A stretch of DNA of 64,000 nt from Eledone cirrhosa (GCA_964016885.1 OZ024763.1:29016001-29080000); one strand, 5' to 3'; counted from the stretch's first letter, positions 43,815 through 60,403 are shown. A program made the numbers and translations. Notes: a model not told the origin generated them from the letters alone.

Positions 43815-44249
43815 CTCCTCTTCTCTCTCTCTTTCACTACCTCCCCCTCTCTCTCCTTTTCTCTCTCCATCTCTCCCTCTCCCTCTCTCTCTCTCCCTTT
43901 ATATCTCTCTCACTACCCCCACTCTCTCTCTCTCTCTCATATTTCATACCCTTGAAATTGACCATTTCCTTTTTTAAGTGAAGGAAGCAGATTTTACTGT
44001 TGACTATGGGCTTGTGTCTTTGTTGTTGTTGTTGTTGTTGTCGTTGCTGTTGTTGTTGTTGCTATTGTTGTTGTTGTTGTTGTTGTTGTTGCTGATCACA
44101 TCATTGTTGTTGTTTTTGTCGCTACTGTTGGTGTTATTATAACCGTTGTTGTTGTTGTTGTTGTTGCCGTTCACTGTCATGGCGGACGGCTTTGCTGTTG
44201 TTGTTCATGTTGAAGTTGATCTAAACGCGGGCATTGTTTTTTCATTAAT

Positions 44250-44290
<41 letters not shown>

Positions 44291-44305
44291 TCACCAACAC
44301 AACAC

Positions 44306-44347
<42 letters not shown>

Positions 44348-44483
44348 ACACGTCAACAACAACTACTACTACTACAACTACAACAACCACCACCACTACC
44401 GACAACACCACCACTACTACTACCACCAACACAACAACTACTACTACTACCACTACTACTACCACCAACACAACACCTACTAC

Positions 44484-44536
<53 letters not shown>

Positions 44537-44781
44537 ACACATCAACAACAACTACTACTACTACTTCTACTACAACCACCACAACTACCAACAACACCAC
44601 AACTACTACGACTACTACCACCAAAACCACTATTACTTCTAATTCTACTACTAACTACTACTACTCTAATTATTATTATTGTTAAATTTAGTAGTAATTG
44701 TACTAGTATTAGTGGTGGTGGTAGTGGTGTTAGTAGTAGTAGTAGTGTTGGTGGTGGTGGTGGTAGTAGTAGTAGTGGTGT

Positions 44782-44819
<38 letters not shown>

Positions 44820-44877
44820 TTGGTGGTAGTAGTAGTAGTGTTGTTGGTGGTGGTGGTGGTAGTAGTAGTAGTGGTGC

Positions 44878-44915
<38 letters not shown>

Positions 44916-44916
44916 T

Positions 44917-44954
<38 letters not shown>

Positions 44955-45071
44955 TTGGTGGTCGTGGTGGTAGTAGTAGAGTGGTAGTAGTACTAGTAGT
45001 AGTGTTGGTGGTGGTGGTAGTGGTGGTAGTAGTAGTGTTGGTGGTGGTGGTGGTAGTAGTAGTAGTGGTGT

Positions 45072-45109
<38 letters not shown>

Positions 45110-45346
45110 TTGGTGGTAGTAGTAGTAGTGTTGGTGGTCGTGGTGGTAGTAGTAGTGGTGGTAGTAGTAGTAGTAGTGTTGGTGGTCGTGGTGGTAGTAG
45201 TAGTGGTGGTAGTAGTAGTAGTAGTGTTGGTGGTCGTGGTGGTAGTAGTAGTGGTGGTAGTAGTAGTAGTAGTAGTGTTGGTGGTGGTGGTAGTGGTGGT
45301 AGTAGTAGTGTTGGTGGTGGTGGTGGTAGTAGTAGTAGTGGTGTTG

Positions 45347-45388
<42 letters not shown>

Positions 45389-45575
45389 TTAGTGGTAGTA
45401 GTAGTAGTGTTGGTGGTCGTGGTGGTAGTAGTAGCGGTGGTAGTAGTAGTAGTAGTGTTGGTGGTCGTGGTGGTAGTAGTAGTGGTGGTAGTAGTAGTAG
45501 TAGTAGTGTTGGTGGTGGTGGTAGTGGTGGTAGTAGTAGTGTTGGTGGTGGTGGTGGTAGTAGTAGTAGTGGTGT

Positions 45576-45616
<41 letters not shown>

Positions 45617-46015
45617 TTGGTGGTAGTAGTAGTAGTGTTGGTGGTCGTGGTGGTAGTAGTAGTGGTGGTAGTAGTAGTAGTAGTGTTGGTGGTCGTGGTG
45701 GTAGTAGTAGTGGTGGTAGTAGTAGTAGTAGTAGTGTTGGTGGTGGTGGTAGTGGTGGTAGTAGTAGTGTTGGTGGTGGTGGTGGTGGTAGTAGTAGTAG
45801 TGGTGTTGGTGGTAGTAGTAGTAGTAGTGTTGGTGGTGGTGGTAGTAGTAGTAATGTTGGTGGTGGTGGTAGTAGTAATGTTGGTGGTCGTGGTGGTAGC
45901 AGTAGTAGCGTTGGTGGTGGTGGTAGTAGTAGTAGTGGTGTTGGTGGTAGTAGTGGTGGTGGAAGTAGTAGTATGGTGGTGGAAGTAGTAGTAGTGGTGT
46001 TGATGGTGCTGTTAA

Positions 46016-46062
<47 letters not shown>

Positions 46063-46086
46063 TGGTGGTATTAATAGTAGTAATAC

Positions 46087-46121
<35 letters not shown>

Positions 46122-46516
46122 ACTTAATAATTATCAGTATTAATCTTATTTTTAGTATTATTACGAATATAATTCTTCTTATTATTTATTATTTATAATT
46201 ATTATATGTTGCTCTGGAAGCTGATGGTTGTTATTGTTACTGTTGATGTTGATGATGATGCTGTCGTTAATACTGGTGTTGTTGCTCTTGTAGTTGTTGT
46301 TGGTGTTGTTGATGCTGCTGTTGTTGTTGTTGATGCCTGTTGTTGTTACTGTTGTTGTTGTTGTTGCCTGTTTGCTAATGAGTTTCAGAGATAATGGCTG
46401 TGAAATCGGACATTAGAAATTAGCGGTTTCTATTGTTGACCAAATCAAACACGACTGCTTGACACCCACCACGCTGCACACCCTGATACCCCCCCCCCCA
46501 CACACACACAAACACG

Positions 46517-46559
<43 letters not shown>

Positions 46560-46586
46560 ATACATGTATATATATATACATATATC

Positions 46587-46676
<90 letters not shown>

Positions 46677-46893
46677 CATGTACATATATATACATATGTA
46701 TGCATATATATATATGCATATATATATATGTATGCATATATAATGTATATATATATATATATATATGCATATATGTATATATGTATGCATATACATATAT
46801 GTATGCATATATATATATATGTATATATATATATATGCATATATATATAGATGTATATATATATATATATATATATGCATATATATATAGATG

Positions 46894-46931
<38 letters not shown>

Positions 46932-46992
46932 TGCATATGTATATATATAAACGCATATATATATGTATACGTATAAATATATATATATATAT

Positions 46993-47033
<41 letters not shown>

Positions 47034-47109
47034 TGTATGTATGCTACCCCAAGATCACACACGCCTACACTCACGTGTACATTTCACACTCATATCAATT
47101 ACAAACGCT

Positions 47110-47162
<53 letters not shown>

Positions 47163-47595
47163 TCATGCATTCACAATCAAACACACATATAGACACACAC
47201 GCACAAAGATGCACACACGAACAGACTCGGGCATACATATGTAGTCACAAGCTTATACACACACATATAGATGCCGGCATACATACCCCAAGTATAACTA
47301 CACACACACACACACTGTCTAATTTAAAACACATATATACACACGCCACACACACATATACATAGTCAGTTGCACACACACACACATTACCAACAATATA
47401 ACTACACACACACACACACACAGACTCATACACGCTGACCGACATATATATATATATACACATATATACGCAAATACACGCCGTCATAAAAACAATGATT
47501 TATATAAGTACACGCACGCACACACACACAAACACACACTCACTTACACACATACAGCCCTCCTGGAACAATTACTATTCACACTGTTAACTTAG

Positions 47596-47696
<101 letters not shown>

Positions 47697-47849
47697 TACA
47701 TCACCAATGATATAACTTTTCACACTGTTAAATTATATACACATACGCACCGACACTGAAGTACACACACACACACATACACTGACACTACGCACGGAGA
47801 CACACACACAAGTACGCACACAAACATGGATAACAGACTGTGACACACA

Positions 47850-47886
<37 letters not shown>

Positions 47887-48102
47887 TACACACAAATGAT
47901 ATAACTTCTCGCATTGTTAAATGAGAAACAAACACGCACGGATATACAGAATAACACACACACACACACATTTACCTACACACACAGACACACACACACA
48001 GATTCACTGAGGTAGACACACAAACACACACACGCAGATACATACACACACACAACAATGACATAACTTTTACCACTGTTAAATTAGAACCACTAATTAC
48101 AA

Positions 48103-48171
<69 letters not shown>

Positions 48172-48290
48172 CACATGGACACATACACACATGCATTACA
48201 CGCACATACATACAGACACACACACACATATCTATATTATATACACACATGGACACATACACACATGAATTTTAACGCACACACATAGAG

Positions 48291-48325
<35 letters not shown>

Positions 48326-48372
48326 CACATGGACACATACACACACATGAATTTTAACGGACACACATACAG

Positions 48373-48409
<37 letters not shown>

Positions 48410-50747
48410 CACATGGATACATACACACATGCATTACACGCACACACATACAGACACACACACACATATATATATATATATACACATGGACACATACACA
48501 CATGAATTTACACGCACACACATACAGACACACACACACACACACACATATATACACATGGACACATACACACATGCATTTACACGCACACACACACACA
48601 CACACGGATGCATATGCAGACACAGTCGGACACATATGTACTCACAACTCATGAAAACACACACACATATGTACATACACACATGGACACATACACGCAC
48701 ACACATATGTACATACACACATGGACACATACACGCACACACATATGTACATACACGCATGGACACATACACGCACACACATATGTACATACACACATGG
48801 ACACATACACGCACACACATACATAAACAACACACACAAGGATGCATATAGAGACACAGTCGGACATACATATGTACTCCCAACACGCAAACACACACAC
48901 ACACACACAATGATACACACGCACACACACACACACACACAGACACACACACACACACACTCACACACACACACGCACTTAAATTACAAATACACATACA
49001 AGGACACCACCACCAACACCACCACTACGGTTACCATCACCACCAACAACAACACCGACACTACCAACGCCATCAACACCATCACCAACACCGACACCAC
49101 CATCTTCGCTATCAATGCCACCACCACCACGACCACCACCACCTACACTACCATCCCTATCCTCACCACCACTACCACCACCACCACCACCATCATCACC
49201 ACCAACAACAACAACACTGACACCACCATCACCACCACCACCACCATCACCACCAACAACAACAACACTGACACCACCATCACCACCACCAACAACAACA
49301 CTGACACCACCATCACCACCACCACCACCACCCCAAGACAGCTCTCCATCCACCCGATATTCATTACAGCCACCATCGTTCGACCAATCTTAAATAACAA
49401 CAACAATAACAACAATAATAATAATAATAACAATAACAACAACAATAATAATAATAATAATAACAATAACAACAACAATAATAATGAAGATTACTAATAA
49501 TTAGAAGCTCTTCCTCACCTCCTTTGTCGTCTTCCGTTTCATCACATCCACAGTTACCCGCTCTTAGATTTTGTAGTTTTTTTTTTATGGAGGATGAGAG
49601 AGGCTTTTATGCATCCTACCACACCCATTCCACCACCCCCCTTCATCCCATTCTTGCAATAAATAAATAAATAAATATATAAAACTAAACATTGTCTCCT
49701 CCTCTCCCCCTACGCACATTTCCATTTATCAGCAACCCACCACCACCACTACCAACACCACCATCAAACTTTAATACCTGCCCATCCATCCACACATCCA
49801 CCCATCCAACATTTTCCATTCCATTCCATAATATACCATACCATACCAATCACCATCCATTTACCATACGCAGTCAGCATACCAACTCTGCTTGCTATCA
49901 TAGCCCGCAGTTCAGCCTCTGTCTCCCCACCCCTATTATCCCCAAAGCACCACCATCATCATCATTATTATAATCATCATCCCCATCACTACAAGTAGTA
50001 GTCCAACTAAGACCAGTATCACCAACAACACCACCAACATCATCATCATTATCATAATTATCATCATCGTCACCCCTATAAACACCACCGCTAGTACAAC
50101 CAACGCCAGCATCATCACCACCAACAACACCATCATCAACATCACCATCACCGCCATCCCTATAGGAACCACCACTAGCACAACCAGCACCAGCACAACC
50201 AGCACCATCACCGCTATTATAAACATCTTCATCATTATCAGCATCATCCCTATAAATACTACCATTAGTACAATACCAGCATCCCCACCATCAACATCAT
50301 CATCACCATCATCCCTATAAGTGCCACTACTAGCACAACCGACACTAACATAGCGGTCGTTAGTCGGACAATAGTAGTACTACTACCACACTAGTAAAGA
50401 GCCTAAATACTACTAATGTTACTACCAACACCAACACTGCCAATAAAGAACACTAACACAACTGATGCTATCCACAACACCACCATATCATCTCCCCCAG
50501 TACCAACAATTCTAGTACAACCACCAGTACCAACAAAACTACCAGTACCACCAATACTAGTACAACCGTCTATCACAACTTTAACAACACTAGCAACACC
50601 ATTACCACCACCACCACCACCACCACCACCCTTACAAATTGTATCATCAGCTCCACCAACAACAACAACGTTAGCAGCACCCACACCACCACCAGCACTA
50701 GCACCAACAGCAATAACAAGAACAACAACATCAAGAAGAATACTTGT

Positions 50748-51050
50748 GAGGTAACAAAAGCGTGGTCATTTGACCTGTAAGAAATAGCAACCAAACCAAT
50801 CTTCCTCAAATTACAACACATCCCTACATACACGTTTGGTTTTAGCCAAACAAAATTCACCCCCCCCCCAAAAAAAAACAACAAAACAAATAAAACTAAA
50901 AAGACGGAAGGGACACATTAGATAATGTAATCCTTACATAAACCCTCGTCCCTATAAAAAAGGGACGAGGTGGTTACGGCAAGAATGCCTTTGATCGTAA
51001 TAAGGTCCGCTCGATCAGAGCTGACCCGGGGCTAAACATTAACAAGAACC
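50748..51050 (+). mobile_element. Interspersed repeat (SINE-like, family 3)
   Basis: tttgacctgtaagaaatagca...ggacacattagataatgtaatcc...gaatgcctttgatc...gctgacccggggctaaaca, with an AAC-rich tail. Confidence 0.55.
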
Positions 51051-51314
51051 AAAACAACAACAACCACATGCACGTCAACAGCAAAACTCTTCCCCTCCGC
51101 AACACCACCACTCCCCCCTAAAAATATCACAAACAGCAAGCGTCCTCACAACACCCAAACAATGTCAAACAGATTTTTAAATTAAAACCGATCAGCCCGC
51201 CCTCCCAACCCCACCATACAAACATTATGAAAAGAGTTATATAAAAAAAATGTGTAAAAATTAATTGGCTCTTCAGTTTTTTTTCTTCTTCTTCTTTTAG
51301 TTTTATCAGTTACG

Positions 51315-51347
<33 letters not shown>

Positions 51348-51382
51348 GTTGTTATTGTTATTTTCATTATTATACGCTGTGT

Positions 51383-51416
<34 letters not shown>

Positions 51417-51549
51417 GTGTGTGTGTGTGTGTGTGTGTGTGTATGAGTCTAGGATATAGTTTTTTTGTTGTTTTTAAATTAATATTATTATATAATCTCC
51501 AATTATTCACATATGATGAATTTCATCATTATCGTTGCTGCTGATGCAG

Positions 51550-51600
<51 letters not shown>

Positions 51601-51700
51601 GAGTAGTTATTATCATTATCAGTATTAGTAATAGTATTAATAATAGTAGTAGTAGCAACAGTAAAAGTAGTTGTTGTTGCTGCTGCTGTAATAATAATAA

Positions 51701-51749
<49 letters not shown>

Positions 51750-51901
51750 TGCTGCTGCTGCTGTGATAATAGCAGTAGTAGTAGTAGTTGTTGTTGTTGC
51801 TGATGTTGTTGCTGCTGCTGTTGTAATACTAGTGGTATTGTTGTTGTTGGCTTTCTTTCATATTAACTAGTTTCATCTTTAAACAATAATTTTAACGAAG
51901 C

Positions 51902-51935
<34 letters not shown>

Positions 51936-53191
51936 CAACAAACAAAAATCAAAACAAAACAAAACAAAACAAAACTAAAACATAAAATTTAAAAAAAAAT
52001 TAAACAAAAGAAAGCACAAAAAAAGAAGAGGAACAACAGCAACACCACCAACAACATTAAACAACAAAAAACAACAATATGGAATCCCTCATCAGCCACC
52101 CACCTCTAACCACCCTTACACAAACACCCCTAAACTAACCACCCTTACACAAGCGCCCCCTCCCCTCCCTTACACAAGCACCCCCTACCTCTAACCCTCC
52201 CCTTACACAAGACATCATCAAAAACAGTAAAAGCAAGAACAATAACTGTAACAGCGTCATTCAGCCATTTAAATATCATTTTTTTTTAAATTTTAGTCTT
52301 TTTTGTTCTGTTCCTTTTTAATATTATTTGGAGGTTTTAAACTGATAACATTTATCCTCGTCCACAACGGCGCCATCTTAGTTATTATGCTTGTTGTTAT
52401 TGCTGCTGTTGTTGTTATTGGTGGTGATCGTGGTTGTTAATGCTGTTGTTGTCATTGTCACTGCTGTTGTTATTGACGGTGATGGTTGTTGTTGTTGTTA
52501 TTGATGATGTTGTTATTGCTAAGGTTGTTGTTTGTCATTGGATGTTGGTGGTTACTGCTGTTGCTGTTGTTGTTGGTATTGCTAAGGTTGTTGTTACTGT
52601 TGGTGTTGTTATTGCTACTGTCGTTGTTGTTGCTAAGGTTGTTGTCATTGGTGGTTGGTTGTTACTGTTAATGTTATTATTGCTACTGTTGTTGTTGTTA
52701 TTGATGGTGAAGGTGGTTGTTTGTTACTGTTAATGTTATTATTATTGTTGTTGCTTTCATTATTTTGCCTCGGTATTACAGAGGAAAAACAATTTTTTTT
52801 TTATGTGTTCCCCTCATTTTCCTTTTTTTGGTCCTTCTCACAATCCTCCCTGTCATCAATTTTGATTTCCACAGAGTGGTTCCTTGCATTCTTCTTGAAG
52901 TTGGTGTTCTTCTTATAGTTAATGCTGATGGGTGGATTTAATGTTGGCTCTTTTTTGTTAGTTTTAATTTTTAGTTTTAGTGTGCGGTGGAGGATGGGAG
53001 AGAGCGTGGGTACGGTGGATGGGTGGGCTGCTGTGCGTAGGGGGTTGGGTGTGGTCGGTGGGTTTTGTTATTGTTATTACTGTTGATCTTATTGTCTTTT
53101 TTGTTGATGCTATTGTTGTTATTGTCAATGTTTGTAATTGCTTTTACTATCTCTTTTCTTCTTCATCTTTTACCGTTAATATTATTGTTGT

Positions 53192-53224
<33 letters not shown>

Positions 53225-53963
53225 TATTGTTGTTGTTGTTGTTGTAATAGCTCTTGTAGTAGTTAGGCGTTGGATTGAGTTTTAAGAGAAAGAGAGATGG
53301 AGAGAGGGGGAGGGGTTCATTAGCCGAATCGCTAGAGCAGTCCGAACAACAACAACAACAACAACAACAAAAATGAGACAGGGAACGAAACAAAAAAAAA
53401 ACAGAATTGCCTTGCTGCAGTTTCACTCGTATTTCCGAGTTCAAATCTCACCGTGTCAACTTTGCCTTTCAACCTTCCTGTGAACTGGAAGATGAGAGCA
53501 GGATGGGGGCAGTGGGGGTGGATAAGAGGGGTTAGTGAGGGTAATAAAACCAAATCTCGTGAAATATCTGTGCTGGAAATCATGTGCGAAAAAGCGCAAG
53601 ATTGCCAAAAGGGTTCAAGCTTGACATATGTTGTGTAAGATGGCAGAAAATTACAGTGTCTTGTTACGATCTCTTTTTTTTTTCTGAGATCAAACTCTGC
53701 CGGGGTCATCATTGACTGTTTTTGTTTTATTTTATCATATTTTTATTCTTTCGGAGTCGATAAAATAAATTATTAAAGCAGAGAAGTGACAACATTTTTA
53801 GAACGTCGGAGAGAATATCTCGCTTCATTCTTTCCAGCTTTTAGAGGTCTTTTTACAGCCAGTGATCAGCCGAGGTCTCTTTTGCTTTCGGCCATTTTGA
53901 GGTTGAAAAAAAATTACCAGTCTAGTATTGGGGTTAATTCTGCCTCTAAAACTCTTCTTCACT

Positions 53964-54004
<41 letters not shown>

Positions 54005-54015
54005 CTTACCCACTT

Positions 54016-54068
<53 letters not shown>

Positions 54069-54539
54069 CACTTTCTATACCTTTCTGGAAGAAATCTGCT
54101 CGACAAGGATGAAGGGCTCCACCAGGCTTGAAATGTACAAGAAACGTTCTATGCAATACATACACCCCCTCTCTCTCTATCAGGTCCATACAGGCATTCA
54201 CAAAGTATTAACGCATCGTAAAGACACGGGGGTTTGTAATTGATGTGTTCTGCGCAGAATCACAAGGTTTTAAGTTTGATTCCTGTGCGTGTGAATGTGT
54301 GAGTGGTTTGTACAATATGTCGGGCAGTGGAATCGAAACCGAGATATACCGAATGCGTAGCGAACTCTTTAATCCGGCACTTAACTACAACTACTTAAAC
54401 CGGCACTGTATCTTTCTCACTATATCATCACCAAACTACAAGTAATTATTTATTCGCGATTAAATCATTCTACATTTTATATTCTATATATATATATATC
54501 GACCTATAAATATATATATACACGTAATATGTATGTATG

Positions 54540-54592
<53 letters not shown>

Positions 54593-54733
54593 TATATGGT
54601 AATGTAATGTAGCGCCCTGATTGTTAAGATGGCATTTCTGTACCAAGTCAAAAATCCTCAGATTTATGGCGACACGAAAAGAAAAATTGTGTGCGTGTGT
54701 GTGCTCTCTTTTTGTCTCTTGATTGCCATTATA

Positions 54734-54812
<79 letters not shown>

Positions 54813-54904
54813 TCTTATACATTATATATATATAATATATATATATACATTATATATACATATATACATTATATATACATATATGTATTTTTACACATTA
54901 TATC

Positions 54905-54968
<64 letters not shown>

Positions 54969-55384
54969 GTAGCATAAATTATCTGCCTTTCGTAAGCTCT
55001 TCATTATTAGAAATCAAAAGTCTAACTTAACCTTATGTAGAACAGCAACTTTTTTTTTTTTAAAGACACCCCCCACCCCCCACCCCACCAAAACACGCAC
55101 CCACTCACCCACCCATAAAACATACAAAAAAAAAATCACAACCGATTACCATTCACCCTCACAAATAACAACAACAACAACTACCACAACAACAATAATA
55201 ATAATAGCCACAGCAACAATAATATTGATAAATAAATCCATGAATAAAGTAGAAATAAACTCGAAATATTATCATCAAATTTCACACAGATTCAACAATT
55301 TTATCGGAGCGAATCTTAATCTTGTCTTTATGGATTTTTATTATTAGTGTTGTTGTTTATATATTTATTCTGTGTGTGTGTGTG

Positions 55385-55990
55385 TGTGTGTAAGTGTGTG
55401 TTTGTGTGTGTCTGTGTAAGTGTGTGTTTGTGTAAGTGTATGTGCGTTTGTGTGTATGTTTGTGTTTGTGTAAGTGCGTTTTTGTTTGTGTGTGCGTGTG
55501 TGTTTGTGGAAGTGTTTCTGTTTGTGGAAGCATGTGTAAGTTTGTGTTTGTGTAGGTGTGTGTGTATATATGGGCGTGTGTGTGTTTGTGAATAAGTAAG
55601 TATGCGTGTGTGATTGTGGGAGTGTGTGTGTGTGTAAGGGTGTGTCTGCAATTGTGTGTTTGGATGTATGTTTAAGTGTGTTTGTGTGTGTCTGTGTAAG
55701 TGTGTGTTTGTGTAAGTGTATGTGCGTTTGTGTGTATGTTTGTGTTTGTGTAAGTGTGTTTTTGTTTGTGTGTGCGTGTGTGTTTGTGGAAGTGTTTCTG
55801 TTTGTGGAAGCATGTGTAAGTTTGTGTTTGTGTAGGTGTGTGTGTATATATGGTCGTGTGTGTGTTTGTGAATAAGTAAGTATGCGTGTGTGATTGTGGG
55901 AGTGTGTGTGTGTGTAAGGGTGTGTCTGCAATTGTGTGTTTGGATGTATGTTTAAGTGTGTTTGTGTGTGTTCGCGTGTGTTTTTGTGTA
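55385..55990 (+). repeat. 280-bp tandem duplication within (GT)-rich sequence
   Basis: ORF-track starts 55606 and 55886 share the same translation. gtggaagtgtttctgtttgtggaagcatg appears twice. Confidence 0.85.
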
Positions 55991-57208
55991 AGTGTATGTG
56001 TGTGTGTGTGTGTGTGGTTTCAATATGCATTGTTTTATTCTCTCCTTCTTTCTTTTTCTTTCTCTTCCCATATGTGTGTATGTGTCTGTATATATGTGGG
56101 TGTGTGTGCCTGCGTGTGTGTCTGCGTCTTCCTGTGTCTGAGTATCTGTGTGTGTCTTTAAGTGTGTATGCATGTGCATCTGTATGCGTGTGTGTATCTG
56201 TATGTGTGTGTGTGTGTGTATCTGTATGTGTGTGTGTATTTGTATGTGTGTGTATGTGTGTATCTGTGTGTGTGTGTGTGTATGTATGTATCTGTATGTA
56301 TATGTGTATGTGTGTGTATGTGTGTGTGTGTAAGTATGTATGTGTATCTGTATGTGTGTTTATCTGCGTATGTGTATCTATATATGTGTATCTCTATCTG
56401 TGTATGTATCTGTATGTATGTGTATCTGTATGTATGCGTGTATGTGTGTATCTGTGTGTGTGTGTGTGTGTGTATGTGTATATCTGTGTGTGTGTATGTG
56501 GGTATCTCTATCTGTGTGAGTATCTGTATGTATATGTATATGTATCTGTATGAGTGTGTATGTGTGTATCTGTGTGTGTGTATCTGTATGTGTGTGTGTG
56601 TATGTGTGTATCTGTATGTGTGTGTGTGTATGTGTGTATCTGTGTGTATGTGTGTATCTGTATGTATGTATAAGTATGTATTGTTATCATTCAAATTTTT
56701 CATCGCCTAAAATTTTTTCATTTCATTTGTTTTTTATTTTTTGTAAATATTTTATTTTATTTTTATTTTTTTTAGTGTTTCATTCCTTTTTTTCGTTTTT
56801 CTTCTTTTTTTCTTGTTTTATTTTTGTTATTCCACACCCTCCATCCATACCCCTTTCCTCATCATCTCCCCCTCTCTCCACTCCCTCTCCCCCATCTCTC
56901 TCTCAATCTCTCCACCCCTCTCTACCCCATCCGCCCCTCTTCCCCGCTATCCCCCTCCCTCCCACCATCTCCCTCTCCTTCCATCTCTCCGACAACCCCC
57001 TCCGCCCTCTCCATAACCCCCTCCTATCCACCTCTCCCTACCACTCACCCCCTCTCTCTCCGCGCCGTTTCACTAAATCCTTCTTTATCGTTCTGTTTGG
57101 TTGGAGATGTGTTGTGTTGTGTTTGTGTGTGTTGTGTTATTTGTGTTATATAGTGTTGATATGTATTGTTGTTTAGGTTATAATGTTGCTTATGTTGCTG
57201 TTGTTGTT

Positions 57209-57240
<32 letters not shown>

Positions 57241-57489
57241 GTTTCAATGAATCAACTTTTTTTCTGATTTTAATCAAGAAGTAAGGAGATTAATTTATTA
57301 ATATTATCAACCATATTATCTCTGCTGCTTTTAATGGGCAGCAAGTGAAGTTTCTGATATAATAGATAGATAGACAGAGGGAGCGATCGATAGAACATCG
57401 TGTGGCATATGGTTATTCACAATTGCGTCGATTTTAACTACATCCTGAGTTCAAACCCCACCGTGATCAAACTTCCCTTTCATCCTTAT

Positions 57490-58640
57490 GTGGGTCGGAT
57501 AAAATGAATTATTATTCGAAAATAAATTTGTAGAATTGGTAGAGTCGTTAACACCTCGGATGGAACATTTTGTGACATTTGATTCGGAAATCTGCGATTA
57601 AAGTTCAAATAACTCCGAGGTCTCGACTAGTTTTTTTTAACAAATGCTACTACATTTATGCAGGTCGGATAAAATGAATTATTAGAGTTATCTCTAGTTT
57701 AAATGGTGGTATATTTTGAAAAGAGATTCGGTAAAATGGGAGAGTAATTAAAAAGTCGGATTTTGATCCGGATTTCTGAGCTCAGAGTTCAAATGACGTC
57801 GAGTTCTCAACTCGTATTTTAACAAAGGCTAATAGATTTATCCAGGTTGGATAAAATATATTAAGACAAAAGAAACAGCAGCAACAAAAACAAACAAAGA
57901 TTACCAGGTAACTACATTTTTCGTTACCTTCATCTTATCGTCCATTTTGAATTGTTTAGCCTTATATAACTTTCCACATTATATAATATATTATATACAA
58001 TGCTTCAAGCAAACTGCAGCATTTTATTATCTTTAGGGCGGTGGATTGGCAGTATCGGTAGAGGGTCGGACGCCATGCTTTGCAGCTTAGAGTTACAGCC
58101 CTGTATGATCTAAGTTCAAATCTTGCCGAGGTTAACTTTGCATTTCATCCTTACGGGGTCGATAAAATAAAGTACCTGTAATGCACTGGGGTCGATTTAA
58201 TGGACTGTCCCCTCTCCCCAATTGCTGGCCTTGTGCCTTTCTAAGAAACCAATATTAGAGTTATCTTTAGTTTAAATGGTGGTAAGTTTTAAAATAAATT
58301 TTGTGAAGTGGTAGGGTCCTTAAAAGGTCGACTGGAATATCTTGCAGTATTTGATCCAGAATTCAGCGATCAGAGCCCAAATCAGGCCGAGGTCTCAGCT
58401 GGTATTTTAACAAATGCTACTACATTTTCGTGGGTTGGATCAAACAAATTATTAGAATTATCTCCAGTTTAAATGGTGGTATATTTTGAAAAGAAATTTG
58501 GTAAAGTGGGGGAGTCGTTAAAATGTCGGATGGAATACTTTGTGGCATTTGATCCGGCACTCTGCGACCAGAGTTCAAATCCCATCTGGGTCTTAACTGT
58601 TATTTTAACAAATGTTAATAGGTTTTTATCTGTAGATAAT
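57490..58640 (+). repeat. Degenerate ~190-200-bp SINE-derived tandem repeat interrupted by a younger SINE
   Basis: attagagttatct(c/t)tagtttaaatggtggt at ~57681, ~58254 and ~58451, each with a gttcaaat-like B-box remnant and an acaaatgcta..ggtcggataaaat-like block. Confidence 0.6.
58035..58252 (+). mobile_element. SINE family 2, full length
   Basis: ggcggtggattggcagtatcggtagag...aagttcaaatc...ggggtcgataaaataaagtacc...gctggccttgtgcc. Confidence 0.9.
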
Positions 58641-58716
58641 TTTAAAATAATTGTGTTGATATATACACATACACACACACACAGAGAACACGCTGAACAT
58701 ACATATACAATGTAAC

Positions 58717-58764
<48 letters not shown>

Positions 58765-58853
58765 CATATACATGTGTAGAATAATATGAACTTGCCAGAG
58801 ACGAGCAACAAATACAAACAACTTTATAATTCTACATTCGTATAACTACATCC

Positions 58854-58984
<131 letters not shown>

Positions 58985-59145
58985 GCAACAAATATACCGA
59001 TGTATATATATATATATATATGTATATATAAATAAATATATATATATAAATTTATATATATATATATACATAGAGAGAGATAAGCATAAACAAGAACACA
59101 CACAAAGATATATATATATATATATATATATATACACTCATATAT

Positions 59146-59188
<43 letters not shown>

Positions 59189-59967
59189 CATATATATATA
59201 TACACACATATATACACACATGGGGACACATGACAGGCTCAGCGAATCTAACTCTATTTTACCAGCTGTTGTTACGATGACCTGCTAAAAACAACAGAAT
59301 TAGAGTCATCGAAAGATAGAAAGCTGTGCCATTGCCGGTTACTTCCTCTTTGAGAAAACATTCATGTTTGTTTACAGTTGACCAAATGTTGATAGGACGC
59401 TGCTGAGCTGGTGTTGCCGGGGCTGAGGAATCGCAGCAGAAGGAGTGTGTCGAAAGGGTTTTAAGGATCACCGAAAGGGTTTTGATTCTTCTAACAGATC
59501 CCTTGCCGCTACATTGGTTCACAGCTGGTTCTTATTTTCATTCCCAGACACCGAGCGATAGTAATCTGTGTTTACCCCAAAATGGCATACTAAAGAATTA
59601 ACTATATTTCCTTATATACACTAATATACTAATAGACATACATATCTATATATTTTTAAATACATATATATGCGGATATATATATATTATATATATATTA
59701 TATATATATTATATATATATATATTATATTTATATATATTATATATATATTATATATATATATTATATATATATATATTATATATATATTATATATATAT
59801 TATATTTATATATATTATATATATATTATATATATATTATGTATTATATATATATTATATTTATATATATTATATATATATTATATATATATATGTATTA
59901 TATATATTATATATATATAATATATATATTATATATTATATATATATATATAATATATATAATATAT

Positions 59968-60019
<52 letters not shown>

Positions 60020-60403
60020 ATATAATATATATAATATATATAATATATATAAATATATATATAATATATATAATATATATATATATAATATATATTATAT
60101 ATATATAATATATATATAATATTATATATATATATATATATAATATATATAATATATATATAATATATATAATATATATATATATAATATATATTATATA
60201 TATATAATATTATATTATATATATATAATATATATAATATATATATAATATATATTATATATATATAATATATATAATATATATATATATAATATATTAT
60301 ATATATATATAATATATATTATATATAATATATATTATATATATTATATATATATAATATATATAATATATATATATATAATATATTATATATATATATA
60401 TAT

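Noticed and set aside
52799-53040. Minus-strand open frame ending ...NYKKNTNFKKNARNHSVEIKIDDREDCEKDQKKENEGNT*
   Set aside because: Looks protein-like but has no start, clear acceptor or known motif. Cannot be supported without RNA-seq or BLAST.
54620-54670. Minus-strand CTGAGGA...GAAA-tgcca-TC
   Set aside because: Helices I and II do not pair.
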